DNA of 63,997 nucleotides, filler included, from Basidiobolus ranarum (lineage: Eukaryota), in the NCBI GenBank assembly GCA_040143965.1. It is 7 parts of 7 records of this genome, joined end to end, with 100 filler letters (N's around TTAATTAATTAA, not from the genome) between each part and the next. Parts side by side here need not be neighbours in the genome. Positions count along the whole stretch, not along the records: positions 1 to 9,206 come from JASJQH010007735.1; positions 9,307 to 18,505 come from JASJQH010007736.1; 5 more parts are not named here. One strand, given 5' to 3'. Below, piece by piece: positions 1 to 12,278 of the stretch; the stretch's first letter is position 1, and each line of letters opens with the position of its first letter. The position numbers and the translations under genes are program-made. A model generated the notes under the pieces. It did not search any database and was not told the origin of the DNA. It was given only the letters and a program-made list of their open reading frames with translations.

Positions 1-5
1 CCTAC

Positions 6-115
6 AACTTCTCAAAAGCAGCAGCATCAAAGATCTTATCATTGGCAGGACCAGAACAGTCGATTGTGAACTTGTAGGTAACCTTCTTGGCTTTGACTTG
101 CTTAGCGGCGGACAT
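6..115 (-). CDS. RPL22: 60S ribosomal protein L22, first exon (gene continues off the window edge)
   Basis: Manual translation MSAAKQVKAKKVTYKFTIDCSGPANDKIFDAAAFEK, then a GT donor at position 5. Confidence 0.9.
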
Positions 116-1170
116 GATAGTGATACTATTGCTGACTGTGGAGAGAAGGAGCTGAAACGTTGAGCTCGTGGTTTTATTTCATTCGAACTTTTCTCATAGT
201 GCTTCATGATTGGTTATTCTACCACCGGGTCATTTTGTGATTCCAGAAGAAATTGATGTTAATCTGATAGTGCTATCTGATATACAAAGACCAAATATAG
301 TATTTTTCAAAAGCCTTGGAGTCAAAATAAACGTTACAATAAACAGACTTTAAGTGAATAGCAATAATGATTGATATGAGATGCTATCACACTAGAAATA
401 GTTGGAGGATTTGAATAAGATTGTTTAGGGTTGGCTTCTAGTAACTAAAGTTGTTTGAACCTGAGGTTGATAGCAAATAAAATCTGTCAATCTATTCTAT
501 AAGAGAGCAAACGTGAGGTTTGAGATTTAGTTGGAATGCAACTTATAATTGATTTTCAGACCAAGGTTGAAATCTGCTCCGGAATTATCTACCCCATCAG
601 TATAGGAGTTGTCGAGTTAGTGACGAATTTAAGAAACCCAATTCGAGGCCCATTAAGTACAAAGACATATACACTATTATCTTGCTCTTAGTCATACTTC
701 CACTATTTTATGGTTTTTGTAGTTCCTTAATAGTTTAAAACTCTGTTCCAAGAGTGTAGCTTAACTAGACATTGAATGGGAATTAAACGCTTCATTTATT
801 CCTATACAACCATTAGCTGTTGAAAATGCCATGGTTTAGGCATCTGTATAGTCATATAGCTAGCTTCACTATGTTATTATTCAACATCTTCATGAGGAAT
901 ATATTTAGCAACTTGGAAGTTCTCAAATTATAAGATTTTCTCAAACTTTGCACTATATGTTGAAACTAACATAGCCTAAACATCTAAACTTCTTTTGTTG
1001 AAATTAGCATTACCTAAACACCTATATAGTCATATATAGCTTAGTATTTAGTTATCCTATATTGAACTAAGATATTACCCATTATTCGATATCAGAATTT
1101 ACTTAGAAGTTTGAAGATATGTAGATTTTGATGACTTGTGCTAGAAGCCCCAAACTTTGCACACATGTTT

Positions 1171-1500
1171 CTGGGACCTTCCTTAACATATTCTATACGT
1201 GAATTTGTTAACATCTTGACAAAAGTATAAATGTCAACTTTCAACTCAATAAATCAATAAGTGAAAACCACCAATTTCTCTAATTCTCCAAACCACTTCT
1301 AACAGGCTCCTAAATACTTTAACAGTTCCTGGGACCTTCTTTGACATATTCTACATGTTTGTTTGCTCACTCTTCAACACATTCTACATGTTTTTTTGCT
1401 TACCCCTTGACAAAACTATATAAATTAATTAATAAGTGAAAGCCATCATTTCTTTTTAGTTCTCCAAACCACTTCCAACAAACACCCAAAATACTTCAAC
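1171..1500. repeat. Degenerate tandem duplication of about 160-170 bp (1171-1328 and 1329-1500), possibly a TE remnant
   Basis: Both units contain CTGGGACCTTC, ACATATTCTA, CTTGACAAAA, AATAAGTGAAA, TTCTCCAAACCACTTC and AAATACTT in the same order. Confidence 0.7.
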
Positions 1501-2190
1501 ATTAGCATCTTGGAGAATTAGAGAGTTTTATAACCTTGTTTCCTGAAGTAAAGCATACTGTTCATCAGAGGAATACTCTTGGGCAGTCTGTTGGTACCGT
1601 GGTAAGTGTTTTCAGAAGCTAAATAATTGTGTTGTGAAGTTTTGCTTCACTACAAGCATAGAGTCAAGAACTCATTATTTGTACCATTTGAGATAATTTC
1701 ACTTTAACAACACTCCAAAAATCAACTCAAGTAAACGATTCAGAAATAAATTTACATGCCTCTGACCAAGCTGCCAATAGCCGACATATGACTTTCTTGA
1801 CCCATTAATTGACACACAAACATGTAGTTGACTAACGATTGTGTTTGTCAATGGAAACTATTGTACTCAACTAAGCTCGTAATTCAACAAGTGCATTGGG
1901 TTTTTTCTGACTATTTGACAACATGCTAGAAGTACATTTTACTACAAAGAGAACTATGTGCTTCCAAAGTACCTCATGTTTAAACTAATAATTTATGAAT
2001 TGAGGATCTTATTAAATAATGGTATAAATTCACAAAGGAGGACTAAATGGCATATGAGGTGGTAAAGTGCCGCTAATCTAAAGAAACAATAGCATTAACT
2101 CAAAGATTACCTACACAGGTTACAGGTTGGAGTTTCGATTGCAAGTATACTATTTTGCTACATACTTTCTTAGCCAATATAACCGCATAT

Positions 2191-3341
2191 TTACACTGTT
2201 CTGGTGGAGTTTTCGTTTTGCCTTCCTGGTGTAAAAGCGTGATCTTCAGTCTCATTTTCACCGCTACCGTTAGGGTGTACCTGAAATAGAACATTAGATA
2301 TCTGATATGTAATCACAAGAAAATGTATTGTATTCACCGATCTGTTCAGAATCATAGTTTTGAGCTCCTCTTTAAGAATCAAAAATACCAGAAGTTAGGC
2401 GTATCCATAAATGTATAAAACTATGGCTGTATCGTTAATGAGTTTACCAAATTTCTGATCGGATAGCTTGTTGAATCTAATGGAACTGGAGCCTTGATGG
2501 TCTCCATAAAGATTGGAGTCCATAACTGAGTACTCGGCACAATTCTTTGCAAATTCTGCAAATACTTCTGGCTTGTTACGGTACCTGAAATGAATAAAAC
2601 GTTACTCTAACGCTTCGGATACTGCATGAAAGAGGATGGTTGGTTACATTAACCAAGCTTCTTGATTTGGACAGTTATGTTGTTGGAGGTTGTCAAGAAC
2701 GGATTTTTTGAATGAACTCTTGATATAATAAAGTATATGCGAAATAAAATCCTTATGAGGAGTCCAATGCGGAAAACGCTGCTTCAAAGAAAAACGACGA
2801 TACACATCTACTAAAGGATGGAATACGTCGTTAATGAAGTCAACGGAAGGTGCCTTGTCAGGATACGTAGGTAACGTTAAGGATAATAAGAGAATAAAAG
2901 TCAAAAACATTTAAGCTCGTTAAAAAAGGATATTCTTGTGGGATGACAAGCTTGAATTTGAATATTCCATTTCGATAATATCCCTTGTGAACAAAGATTG
3001 TACCATACCAAACTATTTCGACCATACATAAGGATTAGAAGCTTATTTATAAATAACATTATGAACGATAATAAATCACTACCGTTCATGTTGTCTAAAG
3101 ATGGCATCATATAGATTCCACTGGGGCAATGGCTTGGATTCCGAAGGTTGGTAAATTCAATCATGAGTTCATAACGCTTGAAGTATTGAGAATAAAATTG
3201 TGGGCGTTTTTTTTGAGATACTCTTTCTGAAGCGGCTTCCGAATCATCTTGCTCATACAACGCACTATCAGTCTTTGGGCTTCTAGTGGCTTGAATTGAC
3301 AATGAAGTGCCTTGTCTAGGAGTACCATTATTTGACATCAT
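2191..3341 (-). CDS. AKTIP/Ft1-like ubiquitin E2 variant (UEV) protein, multi-exon
   Basis: Spliced: GIYMMPS..VWYGTIFVHKGYYRNGIFKFKLVIPQE|YPDKAPSVDFINDVFHPLVD..WTPHKDFISHILYYIK; UBC fold with no catalytic Cys after HPLV. Confidence 0.8.
2867..2933 (-). other. U12-type AT-AC intron (67 nt) in the AKTIP-like gene
   Basis: 5' splice site ATATCCTTT, branch TCCTTAAC 9 nt before the terminal AC; removal joins CAA GA|G TAT CCT (QEYP) in frame. Confidence 0.92.
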
Positions 3342-5064
3342 AATCCACGCTGCTATATTGGGGTAGTGAAAGGAACCTTAGCTATACCTCAAAGAAGACC
3401 TGATGTATGAAGGCTAATTTTGTGAAACATTTAACCCTTATACGAAGTGAAAGTAATAAGTAAATTCAGGAGTAAACTGCTATCATGTTTCATAGTTAAC
3501 TCAATTTATTGATTAGTAAATTTTATTTAACATTTACAAATTTTGACTAGTAAAACCAACATTTAATCTGCCACTAAATAGTTGCAGAAATTTGATTAAT
3601 CCATGACATTCTGTTAATTAAAGCTACGAATTTATACCAGACTATACATGTACTCCACGGCATCAGAACCTTTATCCTTACGAAGAGTAAAAAAAGTATT
3701 TAGGTAAGAACGAAGATGAGGAGCTTGAACTACTCATTCTAGAATCTCTTTATCAATACACTTCTGATCAACATTGCGAGTTTCGGGAATGGTTTTCTTT
3801 CGTTGTTTCTCATCGAAAAATTCATCTGATGGAAGTGGCTACAACGTAAGATTGATTGACACGTATTAAAGGGACTCCGTTCACTTTATAAGGACCAGTA
3901 ACTAGCAATAAACCAGAGGTAAGCCGCTTCAAATGCACCATTCTCTTACCACAGAATCATACAGCCAAGAGAACAATTATACCAGGGGTGCAGGAAGCAC
4001 AAAGTATAGTGGGCTTGGCAGTCTTACGAGAGGCTTTAGGTTGGACAACATCTTATGCAGGATACCAACGAGGAGCTTTGTTCAAAGAGAGAGCTCATTA
4101 CCATTTTCTCGCCGTTAACTTGTTCATGGTAGCTGAGTCATTTGCTTTTATAAAGGGCACGCCTGAACGAGAGAGGTTAGTAATGCCAGGAGCGAGGAAG
4201 AATTCTAGGCTTGTGAGACGTGTTTTTAGATTCACCACTAAAAATAGTTTTTGAACAGTAGTCGATGGATGTAATGGCTTGCAGGTTGGTCCGTTCGAGA
4301 ATGTCATTTAGATTTTTGGATTATATTGACTCGTTTTAGAATTGATAACTCGCCAGGTACTGTAGACCACTAGATATAGAATTACCAAGAGAGGGCAACT
4401 TAGGATCACCATTCATAAAAATATACAATACTTTGTAGCCAATCAATTCGGTGTGAGGGAATTATCAACAAACCTTTCACTAATCCCTAATAAAATAAAA
4501 GACAATTTACATTACAACACTTCAGTTGTATAAACCCCAACTTGACGGTAGAGCACATTCCGAAAAAGTAAAGAAATATTTGTTCAAAACAAATTCACAC
4601 ATTGATTTGACCAGATCATCCGTGGCAATATTCACTTGGGTGCCAGGTGCTGAACAAAACAGAGTCATCGGGTGAAGATCGTACAAATTTACCAGTCACT
4701 TCCACAAAGCTTCTGTGATTGAATTGAGAATGGGATTGGAACTTTGAAGTATTGATCAATTTGGATCAGCAAACAAAGAAATCTAGATGGAAAGTCGTCA
4801 CTTAGCACAACAGAAAGAAGTCCAAAATGCCTTATCCATTTTGATTGGTTATACTTTACTGTTGACATGACTTTTAGAAGCTCTTGACTGGAATAAAGTT
4901 TTATTAATATATTTCCTCCTATTTAATTGGTAGAGTCGTTGTTTTGTTCAGACACGCAGTTGACACTCAGGTACACGTGATGTGATTCGCGATTTAACTA
5001 TATAATCCACATAACACGCTATGGCAGCAAACATTCTCACTCTACTCAACCATTTCAATCATTA

Positions 5065-6402
5065 ATGCCTGAAGTTATTTCTATTCACGTCGGCCAAGCC
5101 GGTGTTCAAATTGGTAATTCTTGCTGGGAACTTTATTGCTTGGAACATGGAATTCAACCTGATGGCTTTATAAATGAATCTGTCGCCACTGGTCAAACTA
5201 CTTGCAAAACATTCTTCTCTGAGACAGGCTCAGGTAAATATGTTCCTCGCACCATCTTCGTCGATCTTGAACCTACCGTGGTGGATGAAGTTCGCACCGG
5301 AGCTTACCGTGATCTTTTCCATCCGGAGTTTCTTATCTCTGGTAATGAGGATGCTGCTAATAACTATGCTCGCGGACATTATACTATCGGAAAAGAGATT
5401 ATTGATGGCGTCGTTGACAAAGTACGTAAACTCGCAGACAATTGCTCCGGTCTCCAAGGTTTCATGGTTTTTCACTCATTTGGTGGTGGGACGGGCTCTG
5501 GTTTTGGGGCACTTCTGATGGAGCGTTTGTCAACTGATTATGGGAAGAAATCTAAACTAGAGTTTTCCATTTACCCGGCCCCTCAAGTGTCCACCTCATG
5601 TGTTGAACCTTACAACTCTGTGCTAACTACACACACAACCTTGGAACACTCGGACTGTTCCTTCATGATCGATAATGAAGCCATATATGATATATGTCGT
5701 CGTAACCTAGATATCGAACGTCCAACTTACAGCAACCTTAATAGAATCATTGCCCAGGTGGTATCTTCTGTCACCGCTTCGCTTCGTTTTGAGGGTTCAC
5801 TCAATGTCGACTTGGCCGAATTTCAAACCAATTTGGTTCCGTACCCTCGAATTCACTTCCCATTGATCACCTATGCTCCGATTATCTCTTCCAGTCGTGC
5901 TTATCATGAGCAATTATCTGTCTCCGAAATCACAACGGCGTGCTTTGAACCGAATAATGTTATGGTCAAATGTGATCCACGTCACGGGAAATACATGGCT
6001 TGTTGTTTGTTGTATCGTGGAGATGTGGTACCCAAAGATGTTAATGCAGCCATCTCAACTATCAAGTCAAAAAAAACCATTCAATTTGTTGATTGGTGTC
6101 CTACAGGATTCAAAGTAGGAATCAATGGTCAAGCACCAACCAATATTCCTGGTGGAGATCTAGCCAAAGTTAACCGTGCTGTCTGCATGCTAAGTAATAC
6201 CACTGCTATTTCAGAGGCTTGGTCACGATTGGATCACAAATTTGATCTCATGTACTCCAAACGAGCATTTGTTCACTGGTATGTTGGAGAAGGAATGGAG
6301 GAAGGAGAATTCAGCGAAGCCCGTGAAGATCTTGCGGCTCTCGAAAAAGATTACGAAGAAGTTGGAATGGAATACGAAGAAGAAATTGAAGAAGAATATT
6401 AG
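5065..6402 (+). CDS. Alpha-tubulin, intronless, divergent N-terminus
   Basis: 445-aa ORF with [26 protein letters not shown] and C-terminal EEY. Confidence 0.97.
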   Translation: MPEVISIHVGQAGVQIGNSCWELYCLEHGIQPDGFINESVATGQTTCKTFFSETGSGKYVPRTIFVDLEPTVVDEVRTGAYRDLFHPEFLISGNEDAANNYARGHYTIGKEIIDGVVDKVRKLADNCSGLQGFMVFHSFGGGTGSGFGALLMERLSTDYGKKSKLEFSIYPAPQVSTSCVEPYNSVLTTHTTLEHSDCSFMIDNEAIYDICRRNLDIERPTYSNLNRIIAQVVSSVTASLRFEGSLNVDLAEFQTNLVPYPRIHFPLITYAPIISSSRAYHEQLSVSEITTACFEPNNVMVKCDPRHGKYMACCLLYRGDVVPKDVNAAISTIKSKKTIQFVDWCPTGFKVGINGQAPTNIPGGDLAKVNRAVCMLSNTTAISEAWSRLDHKFDLMYSKRAFVHWYVGEGMEEGEFSEAREDLAALEKDYEEVGMEYEEEIEEEY

Positions 6403-7315
6403 AAAGTGAATATTTTTTATCAATGATTTACCAGGTTTGTACAGTGTATAGTAAAAATAGAACAGTGAGCAAACCACATCCAAGTGGCGTGTCAACATCA
6501 AATCAAATAAACATTCATACACAGTTTTCGAAGGTGACAAAAAATCTCTCCTCAGTTGTTACGCCATCAGTAGCAAAGTAGTTATTGTGGACATATGCAC
6601 AAAGTGTGTTTAGCTTCATCTTGAGTTCTGCCCAAATACTGACAACCAAGTCATATTACCAGCGGAATGTATGGGTATCCAAATTTACTATTTGGGATGT
6701 CTAAAAAGATGAATCGAATACTAGTGAATATTTCGGAATTACCCTTCAATTCAATCTGACATTCTCGTGGCTATGAGAAATTCCCGCAAAGCACAAGTCA
6801 CACTTTTACATTTCTACCTGTGGCGGTGTATGATATAGTCCGTTACTTCCGTCAAACTCACTCAATTTTTACTGCAGGTGTCTCAGGAGATGTTTCTAAT
6901 TATAGGTGATTCTAGTTACATGCCTTTTATTCATGTAATTCATTATGTAATTATTGAACCTCATAGAAAGGTATAGCCTGTCATGTCAAACCAATCAAAG
7001 CTCTTTTGAAATTCGCTATACACATATAGTGGAGGGCCTATTCATACGTCACGGGAGCATCAGTTTACAAGCCAGTAGTAACAGTTAATGCCACTAATTC
7101 TAATAGGGCTATTTTGGATCAAATGTATGTTTGATGGTTCTCGTATCATGTGCACTTCTTGCTACTGGTAGTTAATAGGAGGTAATTTGTATTTAATATG
7201 CGTTTAACCGGTGCAAGTCAAGGCTCATAGAACAAAACTTCGAACGGTGGTGTTTATTTATATTTTGTGACTTTGAATGAAAAGTCAAGTTAGTCGAAAC
7301 TCCACTAAACTAGTC

Positions 7316-9206
7316 ATGTCTTCCAACTCTCTACTCTTACGGCTCTTCAACTCGGAATTTTTCACTTCCTGGTTGGCCATTTCTTATATTTTTAAGTATC
7401 CACACTCTGTGGGTATCCAGCATTATTTGTGCAAAGAGTTGACGAAGTTTCCACTTTCCGAGATTGAGTTTTTTTTACCTCAAATATGGTACGTTGCTCT
7501 TACTCAGAACTGCATTCAATGTTCAAGTGCTCATATTATTTCATTTTTTTAGTCACCTGTTGATATCTCGCCCAGAGCAGTCTGTTTCATTAGAGAACTT
7601 CTTACTCGAACGTTGCAAACTTTCCACGCACATTGCTATTTTGGTATTTTATTCGATTTTTGATACTGATAAGTCATCCTACTTAAATGTTACTCGGATA
7701 CTACTTAGACTTTTTGGTATCTCCAGGCATACATGTCTGATTTATCTTCAACTCCTCACTCTTCATCTTACAGATTGTGCAAACGTATGCACAATCAAGT
7801 TCAAAATATCATTTTCAAAGAGACATGTGATGAACACAACGAAATTCTCAAAAAACAACCTAAAGTAAGAGAGAATGTTTTTCCTGCGCTTGTTGGGATG
7901 AGCGCTCTTCTTGCTGGTATAGCCAACTCAACTTTAGCCTTGAATACTGGACAAATGGCTATTGAGCAAGGCAGACGAGCACCTTTTTACCAGCCTGTAA
8001 ATCAGGATAATACCACTGAGAAGACAACTGAGGGTACTTTGATAACCAAAGATAAAGAACTTAGTACTGAGCCGTTGGATATTCAGAGCTCAAGTGCTTC
8101 TTACAGGGGATCTAAGGCTTCCTCTCGTATTCCTACGTCATCCCCTACCTTAGAGGATTTATATAAAGGAAGGGCTTTTTCTTTTGGCCATTATATCAAA
8201 AGCACTGCTGCTAGACGTAGCTATGAACGGATTTCTACATTAAATCTTTCCTCTTCAAAGTCGTTGGATAGAAGGGAAACTGAGTCTTATTCCGAAGCTA
8301 CATCACCAGCTCCTGATTCGGATTCAGATTTTGAATATGACTTATTTCTCAACTCGAAGCCTTCAAAAAGAAAGCAGTTGATCGACGGGCATTACTTCCA
8401 TTCAGAAATGTCGTTTGTGATAGCTTTGGTGGATATATCAAATCGATTGTGTATGCTCCCAAAAAAAGCAAGACATATCTTTTTAAAATTGGAATATATA
8501 TACACTCTTTCTCTTCAAATTGATGAGCTCATTTCGCTAGTAATTTATATACAGATTACCCTTAACTTTTCTTACTCAGCTCTTTGCACGCCGAACTTTC
8601 GTTACTCAACCATAATCTGCCTGCTGACGTGTGTATTCCACTTTGGTGTCCAGCAACCGTGGACAATCCATACATCACAAAATCGTACGGATCCCTCCAC
8701 CAGATGCAGTTGTTCTTAACTCTGCCGAAAGAGTACGTATTGGCTTTAATACTCATACTGGATAGTTTAGTAGTAATCGTAAGCACCGTTATAGGTTCCG
8801 TTTCTCATTATGGTGGAGGTCATTGAGACAGATGCTGATTTTGATGAATCTTTATTACTCAAGTATAAACCTTCGGCCCCAGCTCAGGCTGAGGAGGATA
8901 GTTCAGACTCGGACTCCTCTGATTCATCTCAGAGGCCAATTCATATGGGTATGAGTGTCCGGTTCTTGGTTCTATCTATTTATATAAACGGATGGGAGTT
9001 CTTGGTCGAATACTGAATTGATGTCAATTAATAGGTGATGAATTTAAAAGAACTACCTCAATGGCAAGCACTAAATCGCTGGATATAACCGATTGCGAAG
9101 GGATATCTTCTCAACTTAGCCTCAGCGCTTCTCAAACCAATAAAGAACATTTTGAGAAGGTTGTACCACGTCGTAATTCTTGCGCAGATGATGGTTTTGC
9201 CGAGCA
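7316..9206 (+). CDS. PIK1: Phosphatidylinositol 4-kinase Pik1/PI4KB, 5' part; truncated by linker, one apparent frameshift near 8673
   Basis: LLLRLFNSEFF, EIEFFLPQI, YFHSEMSFVIALVDISNRL, ARLSSLHAELSLLNHNLPADVCIP, HHKIVRIPPPDAVVLNSAER|VPFLIMVEV. Confidence 0.9.
8475..8575 (+). other. U12-type AT-AC intron (101 nt) in PIK1
   Basis: 5' splice site ATATCTTTT, branch CCCTTAAC at 8559-8566, 3' end ..TTCTTAC; splicing gives AGA C|TC AGC TCT TTG CAC (RLSSLH). Confidence 0.88.
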
Positions 9207-9306
9207 NNNNNNNNNNNNNNNNNNNNNNNNNNNNNNNNNNNNNNNNNNNNTTAATTAATTAANNNNNNNNNNNNNNNNNNNNNNNNNNNNNNNNNNNNNN
9301 NNNNNN
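9207..9306. other. Artificial contig linker
   Basis: 100-nt block of Ns with central TTAATTAATTAA. Confidence 0.99.
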
Positions 9307-9317
9307 AGTAAGAAATA

Positions 9318-11181
9318 TTAAAGCGCAAAAACTTCGTTGATTAGTTTCCTTCTAACAATTTCATAAACCCTTTGACTGCGAAGGCGAAGCATATGCCGAT
9401 GACTAAATGTAAAGGGGGAGTGTCGACTTGCGTACTCTGCGTACTGACAGGAAAATACACCACAATCATAACCGTTCTCTTGACTTGGGATTTTCTAAAA
9501 AGGAACAATACTAGATTTAATACTTTGGCTAGAACGATCGCAACCGAGATTGAGGAATACCTTTGGGGTATAATTCGCCCATTTAGAAAGATCAAAATCA
9601 AGTATCTTCTTCGACTTCGCCTCTTCTTTAAGATAATTTCGCAGTGCCTGACATACATGTTAAACAATGGTTCGGAATTGAAGCTAGACATAAGCAACTT
9701 ACTTTGAGGCAGCGCGAGTTGCTTGACAGAAGAGGATCGTAGTATTCAAACCTTTTCAACTTGTTATTGATAATAGCACAGCACCAGTGAACGCCCAGGT
9801 GAATGGGAATAATCACCAACTCCTTAGAAAACAGATCCACCTAAAGACTGTTATTAGCAACCTTGAAACAAGCTCTTTATACAAATATACCACATGCCTT
9901 TCGAGTCCACCTTTGAACTTTAGGGTATCCATGCTCTGTTAAAAGCGGATAAAAATAGGTATTGAAAACATGGACTGACGGGTATTTATCGGGTTGGATT
10001 TTGGCCCGCTCCATAATAAGAGCGCCATAGAAATTGACAAGCTGGATCTTGGATTAAAATGAAGTTGATCAACTGCGAGTATATACAAACAAAATGAACC
10101 TCGTCATTGAGCCATTGCTCGTCTCGTAATCGTAAGATATCTTCTTGACGAATAGTCATGTTGAATCCTTCGATATTAACTTGCGTTCTGCAATTCAGCA
10201 CCTCCTCGACCTACAAAACCTCACAGGTTAAACAGAGGCACTTGAATATTATATATATTGTTGAGTGGTGTCTAATTACCTTCTTTAATTCAGCAGGTCC
10301 TAGAGATTTTAGTTCTTTTTTGGCAGTTCGTTTTTTAGATGAACTCTTCGCAACCTGGAGGGACAAATATTAGAAGTAGCAACAAGATGCGGCCTGATTA
10401 AGAGTCTACCTTGGTTGAGGGGGACTCGGTGACATTCCTACAGCAGAAATAAATTAGAAAAGACAAGCAAAGTGAATGGAATGCAAAGATCAATCATACA
10501 GTGAAAGCTTTTGAATATCCTCTCTCAAATCATTCTTGATAGCTTTAATGCCTTTACATAGAGGCACCTCCTCTCGACATTTATGATCATTGTTTGTCTT
10601 ATCAGCTGTTTTAGAACTTCGCTATGGATATGATACAGTAAGGATTTGTTACTTCGAAGCGAGTATTTTAAGGAAAAGTATACGTTGATCTTCTCAGCTA
10701 CTACCTTTGATTTATGCTTTTTCTTGGAATCTGAAATCCGATGGAGTTAATAAGAGTAAATGCAAAATACCTAGCTTTGACACCTACTTGTAACTTCACC
10801 TTCAGATTTATCTTTGAAATTGACTATGGGGAATGAGGATGAATTATTAAAAGCAAATTGATTAGTTAGTAATCTAACAACATAGGAGAGAAAAAGAAAA
10901 GTACAATACCAATAGGGATGTCTTTGACTGTTAAAAACAAGTTTGTGGACTTTAAGCGGTTGAGCTACTTGAAAGTAAATATTATTCAACAATCAACAAC
11001 ATCGGTCACAACCAGCAGAAACAGTAAAAAAACTCAAGCAAATAGTTACCAAAAGCCGGAGTGTTACTTTTCGCTTGAGCTCGATGCTTTGTTTCTTTTG
11101 GATTAACCGATCATGGTCTAGCAGTTTTCGTTTTTTATTTTGAATAATGTGTAAGTCTGCTTTTTCGCGAGGTTTTTTCAT
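9318..11181 (-). CDS. ULP1: Ulp1/SENP-family SUMO protease (peptidase C48), multi-exon; 5' exon structure uncertain
   Basis: Spliced motifs LRDEQWLNDE, FNTYFY, IIPIHLGVHWCC, FEYYD, PSQENGYDCGVF; stop at 9318-9320. Confidence 0.85.
9841..9897 (-). other. GC-AG intron (57 nt) in the Ulp1-like gene
   Basis: AAG|GCATGT...GCTAAT...TTTAG|GTG gives RWTRK|VDLF; the unspliced sequence has an in-frame TAA and nearby GT donors are out of frame. Confidence 0.8.
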
Positions 11182-12278
11182 GATCGAAAATTAATCTTCG
11201 TCGTGAGATATGACTGCCCTTAGAGAAGTATTAGAATGCTGAATTCGATAACAAGCTCTGAAAACCTTTTCCAATCTACGTTCAAAGTCGCTTCGGACCG
11301 TCGGTTCACATATCTATGTATATTGGAATCTTACCGTACTCTCGGAGTCAATCAAGAATGTTGGACACTGGTGGTAGCTTACCCCACGACCTAGCGATAT
11401 AATGAAAGAAAATTGATGTGTAAAATTTCTCTGTTATTTTTAGCGACGAAACACATTCACATTCGTTGATTCTAAGTGTGACCATTAAAGCTGAATTGCT
11501 TCGTATAGAATCATTGGCTCTTAATTAGAGGAATATCAGTGTGAATATGGATTTTTTTATGGAGATACAATTCTAAATGGATCAGTAAGCTCGCTCACGC
11601 GTCGAAAAAATCAATCATTTTTTGATCGGTCATGTAGTTTCCTTGTTAACTGATCACTCAAATGATAAACAACATTATTACTATTTATGTATGAGGCTCG
11701 TTTGACTTAAAGAGAAACTTCATGCATTCTTTCAAACTAACTTTATTTGTATCAGATTGTACTCTAAGTAGCTATTTCGGCGATTCACCTAATATTACAA
11801 TATTCCGGAATATTTTGAATCCATATTTCTGTATATTGCAGAACCTTAGAGAAGATAGAATAAGGGATGGTTGTTTAGCGAATAGCCTTGTATTGCCTGC
11901 TCACATGTGTACAACTGTAATTTCCAGTTATTAACGCTATATCTGATTTCTGCCAGTTTAATCGACCTTTATTGACGACTTTGTGCTTGAAACTGCTTCA
12001 AATATTCCTGCCAACATACTCCACAGTACTATCACCTTTTCTGCGTTGGAATTGGACAGTATCACTACTACATATTTTAGGATATATCCCGAATTCGACC
12101 AGCAAAAGAGAACCTTCGTACATAATCAAGATTATGTTCAACTGATTTTAATATGATATGTGATAAACAACATGAGTAGTGTTCTAAATGATGAGATAAA
12201 AGTGAATGACGGCAATTGAGCAATACATATCTCAGAAGTTGCTCCCTATGTGTATAGAGGAAAGATACTGAAGGCAAA

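Noticed and set aside
3933-4307. Short overlapping ORFs between the AKTIP-like gene and tubulin
   Set aside because: No recognisable domain, splice structure or consistent strand.
9251-9262. Periodic TTAATTAATTAA palindrome every 9.3 kb
   Set aside because: Synthetic six-frame-stop linker embedded in Ns, not biology.
10622-10683. Ulp1 intron with GTATACTTT donor and TCCTTAC as a fourth U12 intron
   Set aside because: Lacks the conserved +5 C and the branch motif is incomplete. It could be a U12-to-U2 conversion but cannot be called without scoring.
12259-12268. GTATCTTT just after the TPR gene stop codon (minus strand)
   Set aside because: No U12 branch site downstream and no reading-frame need.
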